Made by a program: the position numbers and the translations under genes. Below, piece by piece: positions 38,972-47,331 of a stretch of 64,000 nt of DNA. The DNA lies in the IMG/VR virus record IMGVR_UViG_3300028833_000003. One strand, 5' to 3'. Position 1 is the stretch's first letter. Every line of letters starts with the position of its first letter. The notes under the pieces are model-generated. The model had not been told where the DNA came from. It saw only the letters and a program-made list of their open reading frames with translations, and did not search any database. This DNA is from a virus.

Positions 38972-40042
38972 TTAAGTCGCCTTCTTTCGGTTCTTAGCGT
39001 TGCGGCACTCCTTGCAGATAGAATACCATCCATCTTTTGAAGTGTTATTTACCGAAAAATAACGTTGATGTGCTAACTTAATTTGCCCACAGCGACTACA
39101 CCGCTTCCACTTGCCCTTTTCCACGAACGTATAGTGCCACATCAAAAATTCATCTTGGGCGTATTGCGCGATGAGTTTAGGGATTTTATTGCGCCATAAA
39201 GACGAGATATATTCAACTGAGTGGGTGGTGCCGAATTCTTTTTCTAGTTGCGCCTTAATTTCTTCATTGGAGAAGTAAGACATTTTACATTCAGCGATGC
39301 GGCGATACATAGGAAATTTATCAAGAGCCGCCGCATAATAGCGGTCGAAATCCTAGATGGTCGCCCACAGGTCAGTTTGCATATGATCCCAAACTTTATC
39401 TTTAATTTTGTGATAGTTGCACATAATTGCGGAAATAACTTTGTAGTCACATAAAGAAATACCGCTCCAGCGCACCCCTTTTGTCTAAGGGTCAATCCAC
39501 TCATCAAAGGGCAGCGTAATTGGGAACCGAGTGCCACTATTCACATTCGTAAATTTAATGGGCGTCTTGTATGCGTTTTTGATTAAATACTAATCTTTCC
39601 GCATCTCGATCAATGTGCGCTTAATGATGTAAGCGTCACGCCCAGTTGCGACTTTCTACTTGGCTTCCCAGCGCTTTATTCCTTCTCTAAGTTCGCGCAA
39701 GAACGGTATTGTATCTACGTCTTCCTGAGTTATCATTACTTTTGGTTGAAAAATTACATTTTTATTATTTTCTACTAATAAATTATATACACCATCTTCG
39801 CCGTTCTCAAATTGCCCGACCAACCCCTCAAATGAGGTTTCGCGTTTAGTTATAGTTGCCATGCGGTTCTCGGTGAGGAGGCGGCGCTATTTGCGTTCTT
39901 CTTTTTCCATACAGAGAACTAGGTAATCGGCCAATGCTTCAAGATACTGCGGAGTTGGGTCTTCCACTTCGGAGAGTATCTATTCAACTAATTTTAAACG
40001 CTCTTCTGGAGCTTCAATAGTATAGTCTAATTTTGTTGCCAT
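38972..40042 (-). CDS. first gene of the leftward operon: putative DNA-binding/regulatory protein with a C-terminal zinc ribbon (356 aa)
   Basis: ATG 40040-40042 lies 9 nt after GAAAGGAG. Six in-frame TAGs (39980, 39887, 39656, 39590, 39485, 39353). HTH-like segment NEEIKAQLEKEFGTTHSVEYISSLW, then CSRC...CKEC. Stop is TAA 38972-38974. Confidence 0.4.
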
Positions 40043-40067
40043 CCTATCAAACTCCTTTCATAGCTAC

Positions 40068-40096
40068 ATTATAGCAAAAATTTTTTGTAAAGTCAA
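40068..40096 (-). promoter_or_regulatory. sigma-70/A-type promoter of the leftward structural operon
   Basis: On the minus strand, TTGACT (40091-40096), a 17-nt spacer and TATAAT (40068-40073). Divergent from P1. Confidence 0.7.
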
Positions 40097-40104
40097 GTCC
40101 AGTA

Positions 40105-40133
40105 TTGACAGAACAAAAAAAATATGTTAAAAT
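40105..40133 (+). promoter_or_regulatory. promoter P1
   Basis: TTGACA, 17-nt spacer, TGt+TAAAAT. Confidence 0.7.
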
Positions 40134-40145
40134 AATATAAAGGAG

Positions 40146-40427
40146 ATGATAGCATTGGTTTGGTTATTTGTAATAATTGTCGCGCTGTTACTGCCGATTT
40201 GGTATAATACAATTCCTATACCGGATATGAATGAAGTGAATGTTGTATGGCATCAAAAATATATAGGCTGGACATGGTGCGACAAGGATAAAAATGAACA
40301 CCGCATTGGCCGATTGACTGCGTGGAAAATGTTATTAGATTATCCTGCTCGTTTGGTTGTATATACTTGGAACACAGACGATGATGATGAAGAAGATGAG
40401 GATGATAGGAATACTATTGAATTATAA
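40146..40427 (+). CDS. small membrane-anchored protein with an acidic C-terminal tail
   Basis: 93-codon ORF after P1. AAAGGAG abuts the ATG, so TTG 40155 is an alternative start. Hydrophobic N-terminus, D/E run at the C-terminus, TAA stop. Confidence 0.7.
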   Translation: MIALVWLFVIIVALLLPIWYNTIPIPDMNEVNVVWHQKYIGWTWCDKDKNEHRIGRLTAWKMLLDYPARLVVYTWNTDDDDEEDEDDRNTIEL

Positions 40428-40534
40428 GGAATGCTTTTTCTATTGTTTTCCCAAAAATATGGGGTGGTAAGAGGTTCCAGGCAAAAAAAATTTTTCACTT
40501 TAAAACCAATTAATTCCTGAAACATACGCCCCCC

Positions 40535-40610
40535 ATTTCATTCTCACGCCGGCGCGCCAGCGGCCATGGCGCGCCGAGTTTGCCTGTATTTTTACCCCAC
40601 AAAAAATTAA
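40535..40610. repeat. GC-rich intergenic element, copy E1
   Basis: GGCGCGCC...GGCGCGCC hairpin, then ...TTTGCC...ACCCCACAAAAAATT. Same layout as E2-E6. Confidence 0.5.
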
Positions 40611-40752
40611 TTGTCTATTGTCGCCTTTCTGGTAAATAGCGACGGTGCCCGAAACTTTGACCCCGAGAAAATGTATAAGTAGTGCATACTTATACATTTA
40701 TTTTGTATATAAAAAAAATTATGATACCCCAGAAAAATTTTTAAAAAAAGTA

Positions 40753-40781
40753 TTGACAATAGTAAATTGGTGTGCTATAAT
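40753..40781 (+). promoter_or_regulatory. promoter P2
   Basis: TTGACA, 17 nt, TGc+TATAAT, with an A/T tract upstream. Confidence 0.8.
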
Positions 40782-40811
40782 AAGTACATCAAGAGAAAGG
40801 AGCTAACCGCT

Positions 40812-41141
40812 ATGAAGAACAACGACTGGTGGTCCATCGCGTGCATTATTACATTAGTTATCATCACTGTTATTGTGAGCCTGGGTGTGGGCATGTCAAT
40901 CCAGAAAAGAGACATGGTAAATCGGCTTTACCCCAATGTGGCTTATGTGGTTGAGATAGACCGCGCAACAGATACCCTAACAGTGGAAGACTCAATAGGC
41001 CATCTGTGGAGCGTGCAAGGTGTAGAAGACTACATACTGGGCGACTTGGTAGGCATGGTCATGGACAGTATGGGCACAGACTTAGTGTATGATGATGAAG
41101 TGGTCAAGATGCACTATTGTGGAGGATGGAACGAAGTATAA
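40812..41141 (+). CDS. hypothetical membrane protein (109 aa)
   Basis: ATG lies 9 nt after AAGGAG. The ORF-track start 40767 lies inside P2. N-terminal TM helix. Confidence 0.8.
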   Translation: MKNNDWWSIACIITLVIITVIVSLGVGMSIQKRDMVNRLYPNVAYVVEIDRATDTLTVEDSIGHLWSVQGVEDYILGDLVGMVMDSMGTDLVYDDEVVKMHYCGGWNEV

Positions 41142-41163
41142 TAAAAAAATTTTTAAAAAAGTA

Positions 41164-41192
41164 TTGACATTAATATTCATTTGTGATATACT
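41164..41192 (+). promoter_or_regulatory. promoter P3
   Basis: TTGACA, 17 nt, TGa+TATACT. Confidence 0.75.
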
Positions 41193-41246
41193 TTAATCAA
41201 GGTAAGGGAAGTGCTTACCGGAAACAGTTAAGAGGAGGACATTACA

Positions 41247-41453
41247 ATGACAGTTTATCGCATGTTCGCTACCGAATACAATCATCGCTCCTGTGTCCGC
41301 ATCTTCAAGCCCGAACAGCTTCCAACTGTTAAGCCCTTCCTGCGTCGGTATTGTGCTGAAAGCGCACCAAATACCATTGTTGAACTTGTCAAGTATGTCA
41401 ATGGCAAAGCCGAAAAGTGTGTTTATAAGGTACAGAAACCTGGCAATAAATAA
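41247..41453 (+). CDS. hypothetical early protein (68 aa)
   Basis: AGAGGAGG RBS. The leader contains the hairpin GGTAAG/CTTACC. Confidence 0.8.
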   Translation: MTVYRMFATEYNHRSCVRIFKPEQLPTVKPFLRRYCAESAPNTIVELVKYVNGKAEKCVYKVQKPGNK

Positions 41454-41472
41454 AAAAAATTAAAAAAACCTA

Positions 41473-41501
41473 TTGACAAATCCCGAAACCCGTGTTATAA
41501 T
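41473..41501 (+). promoter_or_regulatory. promoter P4
   Basis: TTGACA, 17 nt, TGt+TATAAT. Confidence 0.8.
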
Positions 41502-41535
41502 GAGCATGTAAAAAGGAAACAGGGAGGACAAACAA

Positions 41536-41721
41536 ATGACTAACATCTTGACAATCATCTTCGTCGCTATCATCGCTTTTGAAGTCTTTGCGGTATCACC
41601 CTTTGGATTATACTTTGCATCAAAAGATTATGACAATGGCAAGCCGATGCGTGTGTTGATTGCGGCGTTTGTCCTTGCCATTCCAGCGATAGTCATTGCA
41701 GAAATTTTAGGAATAGCGTAA
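41536..41721 (+). CDS. small two-helix membrane protein (61 aa)
   Basis: GGGAGGA RBS and two hydrophobic segments. Confidence 0.75.
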   Translation: MTNILTIIFVAIIAFEVFAVSPFGLYFASKDYDNGKPMRVLIAAFVLAIPAIVIAEILGIA

Positions 41722-41729
41722 AAAAAGTA

Positions 41730-41758
41730 TTGACAAAAAGAACGTTGTGTGTTATAAT
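41730..41758 (+). promoter_or_regulatory. promoter P5
   Basis: TTGACA, 17 nt, TGt+TATAAT. Confidence 0.8.
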
Positions 41759-41788
41759 AAGACCATCAAGAGAGAGGAGACTAAGACA

Positions 41789-41989
41789 ATGATGTACGAA
41801 CTGGTTCTCACCTATGACGATGGAGCGATGAAGAAAGAAACTGCCAAACTGCCGAACCTGATGAGCGCATTGGGCATCTACATGGAGGACGACAGCTGGT
41901 GCTACGCACAGATAACGAACTGCCAGACTGGCGAGGTCATCGCCATCTGGGAGAACAACAGCGAGTATGGTGTCACAACTGCGGGCTGA
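41789..41989 (+). CDS. hypothetical early protein (66 aa)
   Basis: ATG follows GAGAGGAG. The ORF-track start 41747 lies inside P5. Confidence 0.75.
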   Translation: MMYELVLTYDDGAMKKETAKLPNLMSALGIYMEDDSWCYAQITNCQTGEVIAIWENNSEYGVTTAG

Positions 41990-41992
41990 CCG

Positions 41993-42095
41993 AAAGGCCA
42001 GCCTTTTTCCTTTCGCCGGCGCGCGCACGAACGTTTGCGCGCCGAATTCGCGCACAACTATACCCAGCACAATTCACGCGCCAAAAAGTGCAGAA
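41993..42095. repeat. GC-rich intergenic element, copy E2
   Basis: ...CGCCGGCGCGCGCACGAACGTTTGCGCGCC...ACCCAGCACAATT... Confidence 0.45.
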
Positions 42096-42125
42096 AAAAA
42101 ATTGCAAAAAATTTTCCTAAAACTA

Positions 42126-42154
42126 TTGACAAGCTCGGCACGGTATGCTATAAT
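42126..42154 (+). promoter_or_regulatory. promoter P6
   Basis: TTGACA, 17 nt, TGc+TATAAT. Confidence 0.8.
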
Positions 42155-42181
42155 AAGTACAACAAAGCAAGGGAGGACACG

Positions 42182-42493
42182 ATGATGATTAACATCCGCA
42201 CTATCCGCAAGCTGAGCAACAACGATGGGCTGACACTCAAAGCAGGTAAGGCTATCACATACAAAACAGGTTATCAGGTAGCAACAGAAGGCATGGAATG
42301 CACCACAGCAGAGCAGGCTATCAAAGCGGTTAAGCAGTACGGCGGAAACTGTGGCGTGTGGTTCTCTGATGGTGTGTATTACATTGACAAGAGCCACAGA
42401 GTAAGCACCAAGCGCGAAGCGCTCACAGTGGGCAAGGCACACAATCAAATCTCTGTGCTTAAATGGTCTAACATGAGTTTGATTTATTGCTAA
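42182..42493 (+). CDS. hypothetical early protein (103 aa)
   Basis: ATG follows AAGGGAGGA. The ORF-track start 42035 precedes the promoter. Confidence 0.75.
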   Translation: MMINIRTIRKLSNNDGLTLKAGKAITYKTGYQVATEGMECTTAEQAIKAVKQYGGNCGVWFSDGVYYIDKSHRVSTKREALTVGKAHNQISVLKWSNMSLIYC

Positions 42494-42511
42494 AAAAGTT
42501 TTAAAAAGTGC

Positions 42512-42540
42512 TTGACAACAACAGCCAAACGTGATATAAT
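42512..42540 (+). promoter_or_regulatory. promoter P7
   Basis: TTGACA, 17 nt, TGa+TATAAT. Confidence 0.8.
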
Positions 42541-42570
42541 TAAGCCATCAAAGAGAGGGAGGACGACACC

Positions 42571-42756
42571 ATGATGAAGCACAGCAGAGAGATGACCGCA
42601 GAACAGCACCTGATGATTCTGGAAGAGCGCTATGAGGTCAAGGTCAAGGGCACAACTATTATCGTTTATACTGATGAAGATGGAGAGACCACGCAGGTAG
42701 TGAAAGATTACATGGTGCATTTTTCGCGCAAGGGTTATAAAATAATTTACAAATAA
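42571..42756 (+). CDS. hypothetical early protein (61 aa)
   Basis: GAGGGAGGA RBS. Confidence 0.75.
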   Translation: MMKHSREMTAEQHLMILEERYEVKVKGTTIIVYTDEDGETTQVVKDYMVHFSRKGYKIIYK

Positions 42757-42759
42757 CCC

Positions 42760-42788
42760 TTGACAAATAGAACCAACGGTGCTATAAT
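42760..42788 (+). promoter_or_regulatory. promoter P8
   Basis: TTGACA, 17 nt, TGc+TATAAT. Confidence 0.8.
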
Positions 42789-42818
42789 AGAGACATCAAA
42801 AGACAGGGAGGCGAAACG

Positions 42819-42983
42819 ATGGCAAAGCGGTACGTAACTCGGCAGTATCTCTGGAATACATTCTACACTTGGGGAGTGTGGGATAAAAAAGAATGTAAAT
42901 GGATTGTTAATGATAGATTGTACAGAAGAAACGTCATAGAAATCGCTGACAAATTAAACAAAGAAGAACAAAAAAAGTATTGA
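42819..42983 (+). CDS. hypothetical early protein (54 aa, below the ORF-track cutoff)
   Basis: ATG follows CAGGGAGG. The TGA stop overlaps the -35 of P9. Confidence 0.65.
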   Translation: MAKRYVTRQYLWNTFYTWGVWDKKECKWIVNDRLYRRNVIEIADKLNKEEQKKY

Positions 42984-43008
42984 CAAATAACCGCGCGTAT
43001 GTTATAAT
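42980..43008 (+). promoter_or_regulatory. promoter P9
   Basis: TTGACA, 17 nt, TGt+TATAAT. Confidence 0.8.
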
Positions 43009-43037
43009 TGAGCCATCAAATGAAGGAGGTCATGCAG

Positions 43038-43247
43038 ATGACTGTTAAGGAACTGATGAAGAAGCTGGCAAAGATGGATCCTGAAATGAAAGTGTGCTTC
43101 CCTGATACTTATGAACAAAACGAAGGTTGGGGCCAATATCCTGAGTATTGCATTGTCGGCGGTGCCGAAGTGGAAGATGGGCGCGTGATGTTGTGGGCAG
43201 GTGAAGACACTGCACGCGAAGAAAAAGATAATGATGAAATCGAATAA
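43038..43247 (+). CDS. hypothetical early protein (69 aa)
   Basis: The second ATG lies 8 nt after GAAGGAGG. The ORF-track start 43008 lies in the -10. Confidence 0.75.
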   Translation: MTVKELMKKLAKMDPEMKVCFPDTYEQNEGWGQYPEYCIVGGAEVEDGRVMLWAGEDTAREEKDNDEIE

Positions 43248-43253
43248 AAAGTA

Positions 43254-43282
43254 TTGACAAATCCTAAAACCCGTGCTATAAT
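43254..43282 (+). promoter_or_regulatory. promoter P10
   Basis: TTGACA, 17 nt, TGc+TATAAT. Confidence 0.8.
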
Positions 43283-43311
43283 AAAAACATCAAATGAAGG
43301 GAGCCACAACA

Positions 43312-43482
43312 ATGAAGAAAGAAATCACTTACACTGAGCAGGAGCTAAAAAAGTGGTTCGAAGAAATGAAAAAGAAATATCCGCACTCGATGGCCGAAGA
43401 ACATTTTAGTTTTGTTGAAATGAACATGTTTGACCATCAATGGCACGAAGAAAATAATTTGAAAATAGTGCTTGACAAATAA
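43312..43482 (+). CDS. hypothetical early protein (56 aa)
   Basis: ATG follows GAAGGGAG. Confidence 0.7.
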   Translation: MKKEITYTEQELKKWFEEMKKKYPHSMAEEHFSFVEMNMFDHQWHEENNLKIVLDK

Positions 43483-43500
43483 TCAAACGTGTGCTATAAT
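43472..43500 (+). promoter_or_regulatory. promoter P11
   Basis: TTGACA, 17 nt, TGc+TATAAT. The -35 overlaps the end of the upstream CDS. Confidence 0.8.
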
Positions 43501-43529
43501 TAAACTATCAAATGAGGGAGGGCAAGGCA

Positions 43530-43754
43530 ATGAAGTTTTGGAAGAAAGAAAACAAAAAGGAAGAGGGATACAAAATTGCTTTTTGTGACACGCCTGATCT
43601 TTCAACTAAGTTTGGTGAATGGAAAGGAACTTTTGATAGTTATTCTTCGGCCGACCATTGCATCAGAATGGGATGGGGAAAAGCTATCAAATCAAAAGCA
43701 ACTGACGCATACGAAATTGATAGTGCATGGCTTGTTATCGAAAAAATTTCTTGA
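43530..43754 (+). CDS. hypothetical early protein (74 aa)
   Basis: ATG follows GAGGGAGGG. Confidence 0.75.
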   Translation: MKFWKKENKKEEGYKIAFCDTPDLSTKFGEWKGTFDSYSSADHCIRMGWGKAIKSKATDAYEIDSAWLVIEKIS

Positions 43755-43773
43755 AAATTTTTTCAAAAAAGGA

Positions 43774-43802
43774 TTGACAAACCCACCAGACCGTGTTATA
43801 AT
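43774..43802 (+). promoter_or_regulatory. promoter P12
   Basis: TTGACA, 17 nt, TGt+TATAAT. Confidence 0.8.
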
Positions 43803-43852
43803 AGAGACACAAAAGGGAAAGGAAAATCCCCAACACCAGAAAGGAAACTACA

Positions 43853-44071
43853 ATGACGAAGATCTACACCGTGGCTGTGATGAACCGCTTTGAGAATGAC
43901 CACACTGAAACCAAGTATTTCACCACCAAAGAAAAAGCCATCAAGTATGCGGAAAAGATCAACGCCAAATACGAAGAAGCAAGAGCTAACAAAAATTATT
44001 TCGAGATGGTCTATCATGTGGCGATGGACTGGGGCATCAAAGAGGTTATGGCCGATGAAGAAGAGGAATAA
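43853..44071 (+). CDS. hypothetical early protein (72 aa)
   Basis: Purine-rich 45-nt leader, GAAAGGAAA RBS. Confidence 0.7.
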   Translation: MTKIYTVAVMNRFENDHTETKYFTTKEKAIKYAEKINAKYEEARANKNYFEMVYHVAMDWGIKEVMADEEEE

Positions 44072-44099
44072 AAATCCTCTTCTTTTTTTCAAAAACCTA

Positions 44100-44128
44100 T
44101 TGACAAATCCCGAAACGTATGTTATAAT
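44100..44128 (+). promoter_or_regulatory. promoter P13
   Basis: TTGACA, 17 nt, TGt+TATAAT. Confidence 0.8.
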
Positions 44129-44157
44129 TAAGCCATCAAATGAAGGAGGACGAAACG

Positions 44158-44310
44158 ATGATGAAGGTTTATCTGGTCTGGTATTTCAACCCTGAGGTGA
44201 GCGAAAATCAGGCGATGCTGTGGGGACTTTACACCACGAAAGAGAAGGCCGAGAAAGCGCTGACTGAGTGCGGATTTCATGGATGGATTAATGAAGAGGT
44301 CGCGGAGTAA
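44158..44310 (+). CDS. hypothetical early protein (50 aa)
   Basis: ATG follows GAAGGAGGA. The TAA sits in the GTAA loop of hairpin 44301-44316. Confidence 0.65.
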   Translation: MMKVYLVWYFNPEVSENQAMLWGLYTTKEKAEKALTECGFHGWINEEVAE

Positions 44311-44378
44311 TCCGCGGCCCTTTGCTTTGGGCCGGTCGCGCGCGGGCGTGCGCGACCGGAGTTGGCCTGCGTAATAGT
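44311..44378. repeat. GC-rich intergenic element, copy E3
   Basis: ...GGCCGGTCGCGCGCGGGCGTGCGCGACCGG..., with a 9-bp stem CCGGTCGCG/CGCGACCGG. Confidence 0.5.
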
Positions 44379-44384
44379 CTTGTA

Positions 44385-44612
44385 ATAATTTTGTAACAAA
44401 TTCGTAACACTTTTGTAACAAAATTGTAATCCCGAAATTGTTACGAAAGTATTAAATTTTTATTACAAAAATTTAATACTTTTTTAATAATATTTAATAA
44501 TTATAAGAAAAGAATAAAAAATCGTGGAAAAATGCGATTTAACATAATCTTAATACTTTTGTAACACTTTTGTAACAAAAAAAGTGATTTTGTAACACTT
44601 TTTTAACAAAAA
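44385..44612. repeat. AT-rich GTAACA/TGTTAC box cluster 1
   Basis: Exact GTAACA at 44393, 44404, 44415, 44561, 44572 and 44592. TGTTAC at 44439. 14-bp perfect inverted repeat AGTATTAAATTTTT/AAAAATTTAATACT at 44448-44480. Confidence 0.8.
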
Positions 44613-44616
44613 ACGC

Positions 44617-44645
44617 TTGACAAGTGCCCGTGTAGGGTGTATAAT
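44617..44645 (+). promoter_or_regulatory. promoter P14
   Basis: TTGACA, 17 nt, TGt+ATAAT. Confidence 0.75.
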
Positions 44646-44694
44646 GAAGTCACAAAAGAGGTCAAGGACAGACCGAAAAACCAGAAGGGGCAAA

Positions 44695-45201
44695 ATGATG
44701 ATGAACCGGAATTACAATCCCGCGTGCGCGATGAACAGCCTGTCTTATATGGTTACCAAATACCACAAGCTCTCCGCGTCTCACATTTACTTCTTCGGTT
44801 TTGAGTTTAACGGCGCTGTTTATGCCTACACCAGCAAGAACCTGCCCCGTAAAGTCCTCCGCACTGAAAAGGCTTCCTCTAAGAACGGCGGTTTCCGGCA
44901 AGTCAAGTTCCGCCCCACTAAGTTCTGGAAGATGGACATGATCCTCTCCGGCAAAGCTATCAAGGTCGCTGATATGGCCGACTTTATGGCTCTTGCTCCT
45001 AAGAACAAGGGTTGCAAGTTTGAAATGTGGGTAACTGAAACCTACACCAGCGAAAAGTGGGTCAAGGATAGCGTCCGGTTTGACAAGGCTGGCGATGTGG
45101 TCATCAACGGCGAAAACGTCCAGGTCAAGTTTGAAGGCGCCGAAGTCATCAACGAACGTTCTCTCCGCAATGCTTACTATGATGCGATGGGGCTGGCCTA
45201 A
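44695..45201 (+). CDS. hypothetical early protein (168 aa)
   Basis: ATG follows GAAGGGG. The ORF-track start 44617 lies in the -35. The TAA lies in the loop of hairpin 45186-45209. Confidence 0.7.
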   Translation: MMMNRNYNPACAMNSLSYMVTKYHKLSASHIYFFGFEFNGAVYAYTSKNLPRKVLRTEKASSKNGGFRQVKFRPTKFWKMDMILSGKAIKVADMADFMALAPKNKGCKFEMWVTETYTSEKWVKDSVRFDKAGDVVINGENVQVKFEGAEVINERSLRNAYYDAMGLA

Positions 45202-45237
45202 GCCCCATCCATCCCGGGCCCTATATGAAAAAAACTA

Positions 45238-45266
45238 TTGACAAAATCCAAATTATATGATATAAT
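45238..45266 (+). promoter_or_regulatory. promoter P15
   Basis: TTGACA, 17 nt, TGa+TATAAT. Confidence 0.8.
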
Positions 45267-45298
45267 CCAAATGTACCAAGAGAAAGGAAGTAATGAGA

Positions 45299-45736
45299 AT
45301 GACAAAGGCAATTTGGTTCGATATGGATGGCACAATCGCTGACCTATATGCGGTGGATGGCTGGCTGGCTGACCTGCAAGCGGAAAATACAAGGCCCTAT
45401 GATGAAGCGAAAGTGATGCACAATATGGCAAGGCTGGCGCGATTGCTGAACACTTTACAGCGCAATGGCTACACCATCGGCATTATCAGCTGGACCAGCA
45501 AATGCGGTTCTGACCTCTACAATGGCGCGGTCGCTCTGTCAAAACTCTGCTGGCTGAACAAACACTTGCACAGTGTCCAGTGGGATGAAATCAAGATTGT
45601 AAAGTATGGCACTAACAAGCGTGAAACCTGCGGAGATGGTATCTTGTTTGATGATGAAGAAGGAAACCGCAAGGCATGGGGCGAAAATGCTTATACACCT
45701 GACAAGATTTGGGAAGTGCTGACTGCTCTGCGGTGA
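45299..45736 (+). CDS. HAD-superfamily phosphatase, 5'(3')-deoxyribonucleotidase-like (145 aa)
   Basis: Motif I FDMDGTIAD (DxDGT) and a late LFDDEE acidic motif. The second ATG lies 8 nt after AAAGGAAG. Confidence 0.6.
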   Translation: MTKAIWFDMDGTIADLYAVDGWLADLQAENTRPYDEAKVMHNMARLARLLNTLQRNGYTIGIISWTSKCGSDLYNGAVALSKLCWLNKHLHSVQWDEIKIVKYGTNKRETCGDGILFDDEEGNRKAWGENAYTPDKIWEVLTALR

Positions 45737-45780
45737 AGCACTCCCAAACCCGGGCGCGAAAAAAAATTTTTAAAAACCTA

Positions 45781-45809
45781 TTGACAAAATCGCAATCATG
45801 CCTTATAAT
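45781..45809 (+). promoter_or_regulatory. promoter P16, with no ORF behind it
   Basis: TTGACA, 17 nt, TATAAT. Only about 55 nt lie between it and the next promoter. The transcript would start AATAACTGTCAAGAGGACGAGGGCGCGTCC (hairpin GGACG/CGTCC). Confidence 0.65.
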
Positions 45810-45868
45810 AATAACTGTCAAGAGGACGAGGGCGCGTCCCTGAGAGAAAAAAATCTCTTCAAACCCTC

Positions 45869-45897
45869 TTGACAAACCCTCAAAAGTATGGTACAAT
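45869..45897 (+). promoter_or_regulatory. promoter P17, with no credible ORF behind it
   Basis: TTGACA, 17 nt, TGg+TACAAT. Downstream there is only ATG-GTC-TAA, then about 100 nt before P18. Confidence 0.6.
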
Positions 45898-46012
45898 GAA
45901 CAAGACGAAAGGGGATGAGCCAAATGGTCTAAGCAAGCGTGGTGTGGGTGTGGGATGAGAAGCCCAACACAACAAGACCGCAAAAGTTCTCAAAAAAAGT
46001 TTCAAAAACCTC

Positions 46013-46041
46013 TTGACAAACCCAACCAACCATGATATAAT
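46013..46041 (+). promoter_or_regulatory. promoter P18
   Basis: TTGACA, 17 nt, TGa+TATAAT. Leader hairpin GTTCCAAGGGAAC at 46048-46060. Confidence 0.8.
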
Positions 46042-46117
46042 AAAGATGTTCCAAGGGAACAACAAAAACAAAAGGCAAGCGGATAAGCCCCACAAACCGC
46101 AGAAAGGAATTGATACT

Positions 46118-46492
46118 ATGACTACCACCATCACCAACATCTCTGCTCTGAACACTGCTATCGAAACTCTGACCGCTGTCGAAGGTATGGAAGAGGTTGT
46201 AACCAAGCTGACCAACATCAAGGCTTCTTATGAGAAGCGTGCGTCTGCGGAGCGCAAGCCCACCAAGGCGCAGATTGCCAAGAAGGAAGAGAACGCCGCT
46301 TTTGCGGAGGAAGTCTTTGAAGCAATCAAGGAAACTCCTGCGACTGCCAAGGCTCTGGCTGAGCGGTTCGCTGTCACTCCGCAGAAGATGACTTCTGCTC
46401 TGGTCGCTCTGCGCAAGGCTGGGCGCATCAATGACAAGGAACAGGAAAAGAAGTCCTGGCCTCACATCTGGCAGGTGGCTGTGGGCGCGTAA
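46118..46492 (+). CDS. winged-helix-like early protein, paralog 1 of 4 (124 aa)
   Basis: Shares ...EKR(A/S)..ERKPTKAQ..K.EEN... and the C-terminal S/TPxK(M/L)T(S/A)xL segment with 47412, 51857 and 53469. ATG follows GAAAGGAA. Confidence 0.7.
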   Translation: MTTTITNISALNTAIETLTAVEGMEEVVTKLTNIKASYEKRASAERKPTKAQIAKKEENAAFAEEVFEAIKETPATAKALAERFAVTPQKMTSALVALRKAGRINDKEQEKKSWPHIWQVAVGA

Positions 46493-46526
46493 GCGCCCCA
46501 GCCCTGGGCCCGGGCGAAAAAACTTC

Positions 46527-46555
46527 TTGACAAATCAATAGCAACATGATATAAT
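46527..46555 (+). promoter_or_regulatory. promoter P19
   Basis: TTGACA, 17 nt, TGa+TATAAT. Confidence 0.8.
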
Positions 46556-46581
46556 AATCATGTTGAAAGGAGCTGAACCAA

Positions 46582-47055
46582 ATGAACGCTATTCCCTCTC
46601 TTGACATTGTAAAAGAACTTGAACCGCTGACCGCTGTAGTGCGCGAGTTCGTAAAGAGCTTTGATGAAGAGTATGATGCTGTGCTTGGCCCTGGCTTCAT
46701 GGCTAACATGGACGAAGATGTAGTTGTCTATTCAATCGCAATGTCTGATGCTGGCGGGCAATCCTTCCGCGACAACTTTGTAAAGCGCTTTCCTAAGTGC
46801 GATTGTCTTTCAACCTTTGCGCTGTCTCTGTTCCATGAGGTTGGACACCTTGAAACAGAATGGGACATGGACGATGATGTGGAATTGCGCAACAGCGACA
46901 AGATGGACGATGAAACATACTATAATTTGCACAATGAGTGGATAGCTACACAATTCGCTGGTGAATGGGCCACTTCTCATTTGGAAAAAGCAAAACAATT
47001 TGATTTGAAATTCAATGAGGTTGCCCGCGCGATTATTGGCCGACTTTTGGATTGA
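46582..47055 (+). CDS. HExxH-motif protein, putative zinc metallopeptidase-like (157 aa)
   Basis: Contains LFHEVGHLE. GAAAGGAG RBS. Confidence 0.4.
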   Translation: MNAIPSLDIVKELEPLTAVVREFVKSFDEEYDAVLGPGFMANMDEDVVVYSIAMSDAGGQSFRDNFVKRFPKCDCLSTFALSLFHEVGHLETEWDMDDDVELRNSDKMDDETYYNLHNEWIATQFAGEWATSHLEKAKQFDLKFNEVARAIIGRLLD

Positions 47056-47065
47056 AAATTGAAAC

Positions 47066-47087
47066 CGCCCTTTTGTAGGGCGTTTTT
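47066..47087 (+). terminator. rho-independent terminator
   Basis: Stem CGCCC/GGCG(G) with a 7-nt loop, followed by a T5 run. Confidence 0.65.
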
Positions 47088-47089
47088 CA

Positions 47090-47190
47090 TTTTCATTTTC
47101 CCATTGCCCTCGGCCGGGCCGCGCGCGGTCGCCCAGGCTGCGTGCGGGCCGCATTTGCGCACCAACAGGCCCAACACAAAACCAAAACCA
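47090..47190. repeat. GC-rich intergenic element, copy E4
   Basis: ...CGGCCGGGCCGCGCGCGGTCGCC...GCGGGCCGCATTTGCGCACC...CCCAACACAAAACC... Confidence 0.5.
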
Positions 47191-47234
47191 AAATCAGCGA
47201 GCGAAAAAAATTTTAAAAAAATCCTAAAAACCTA

Positions 47235-47263
47235 TTGACAGGCACCCCATTTGGTGATATACT
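47235..47263 (+). promoter_or_regulatory. promoter P20, with no ORF behind it
   Basis: TTGACA, 17 nt, TGa+TATACT. The transcript would start with hairpin TGTTCCTGAGGGGAACA (47269-47285). About 70 nt before P21. Confidence 0.6.
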
Positions 47264-47331
47264 TATATTGTTCCTGAGGGGAACAGAAACGAAAAACCAA
47301 AAATGAAATTAAAAAAAATTTCAAAATGGTC

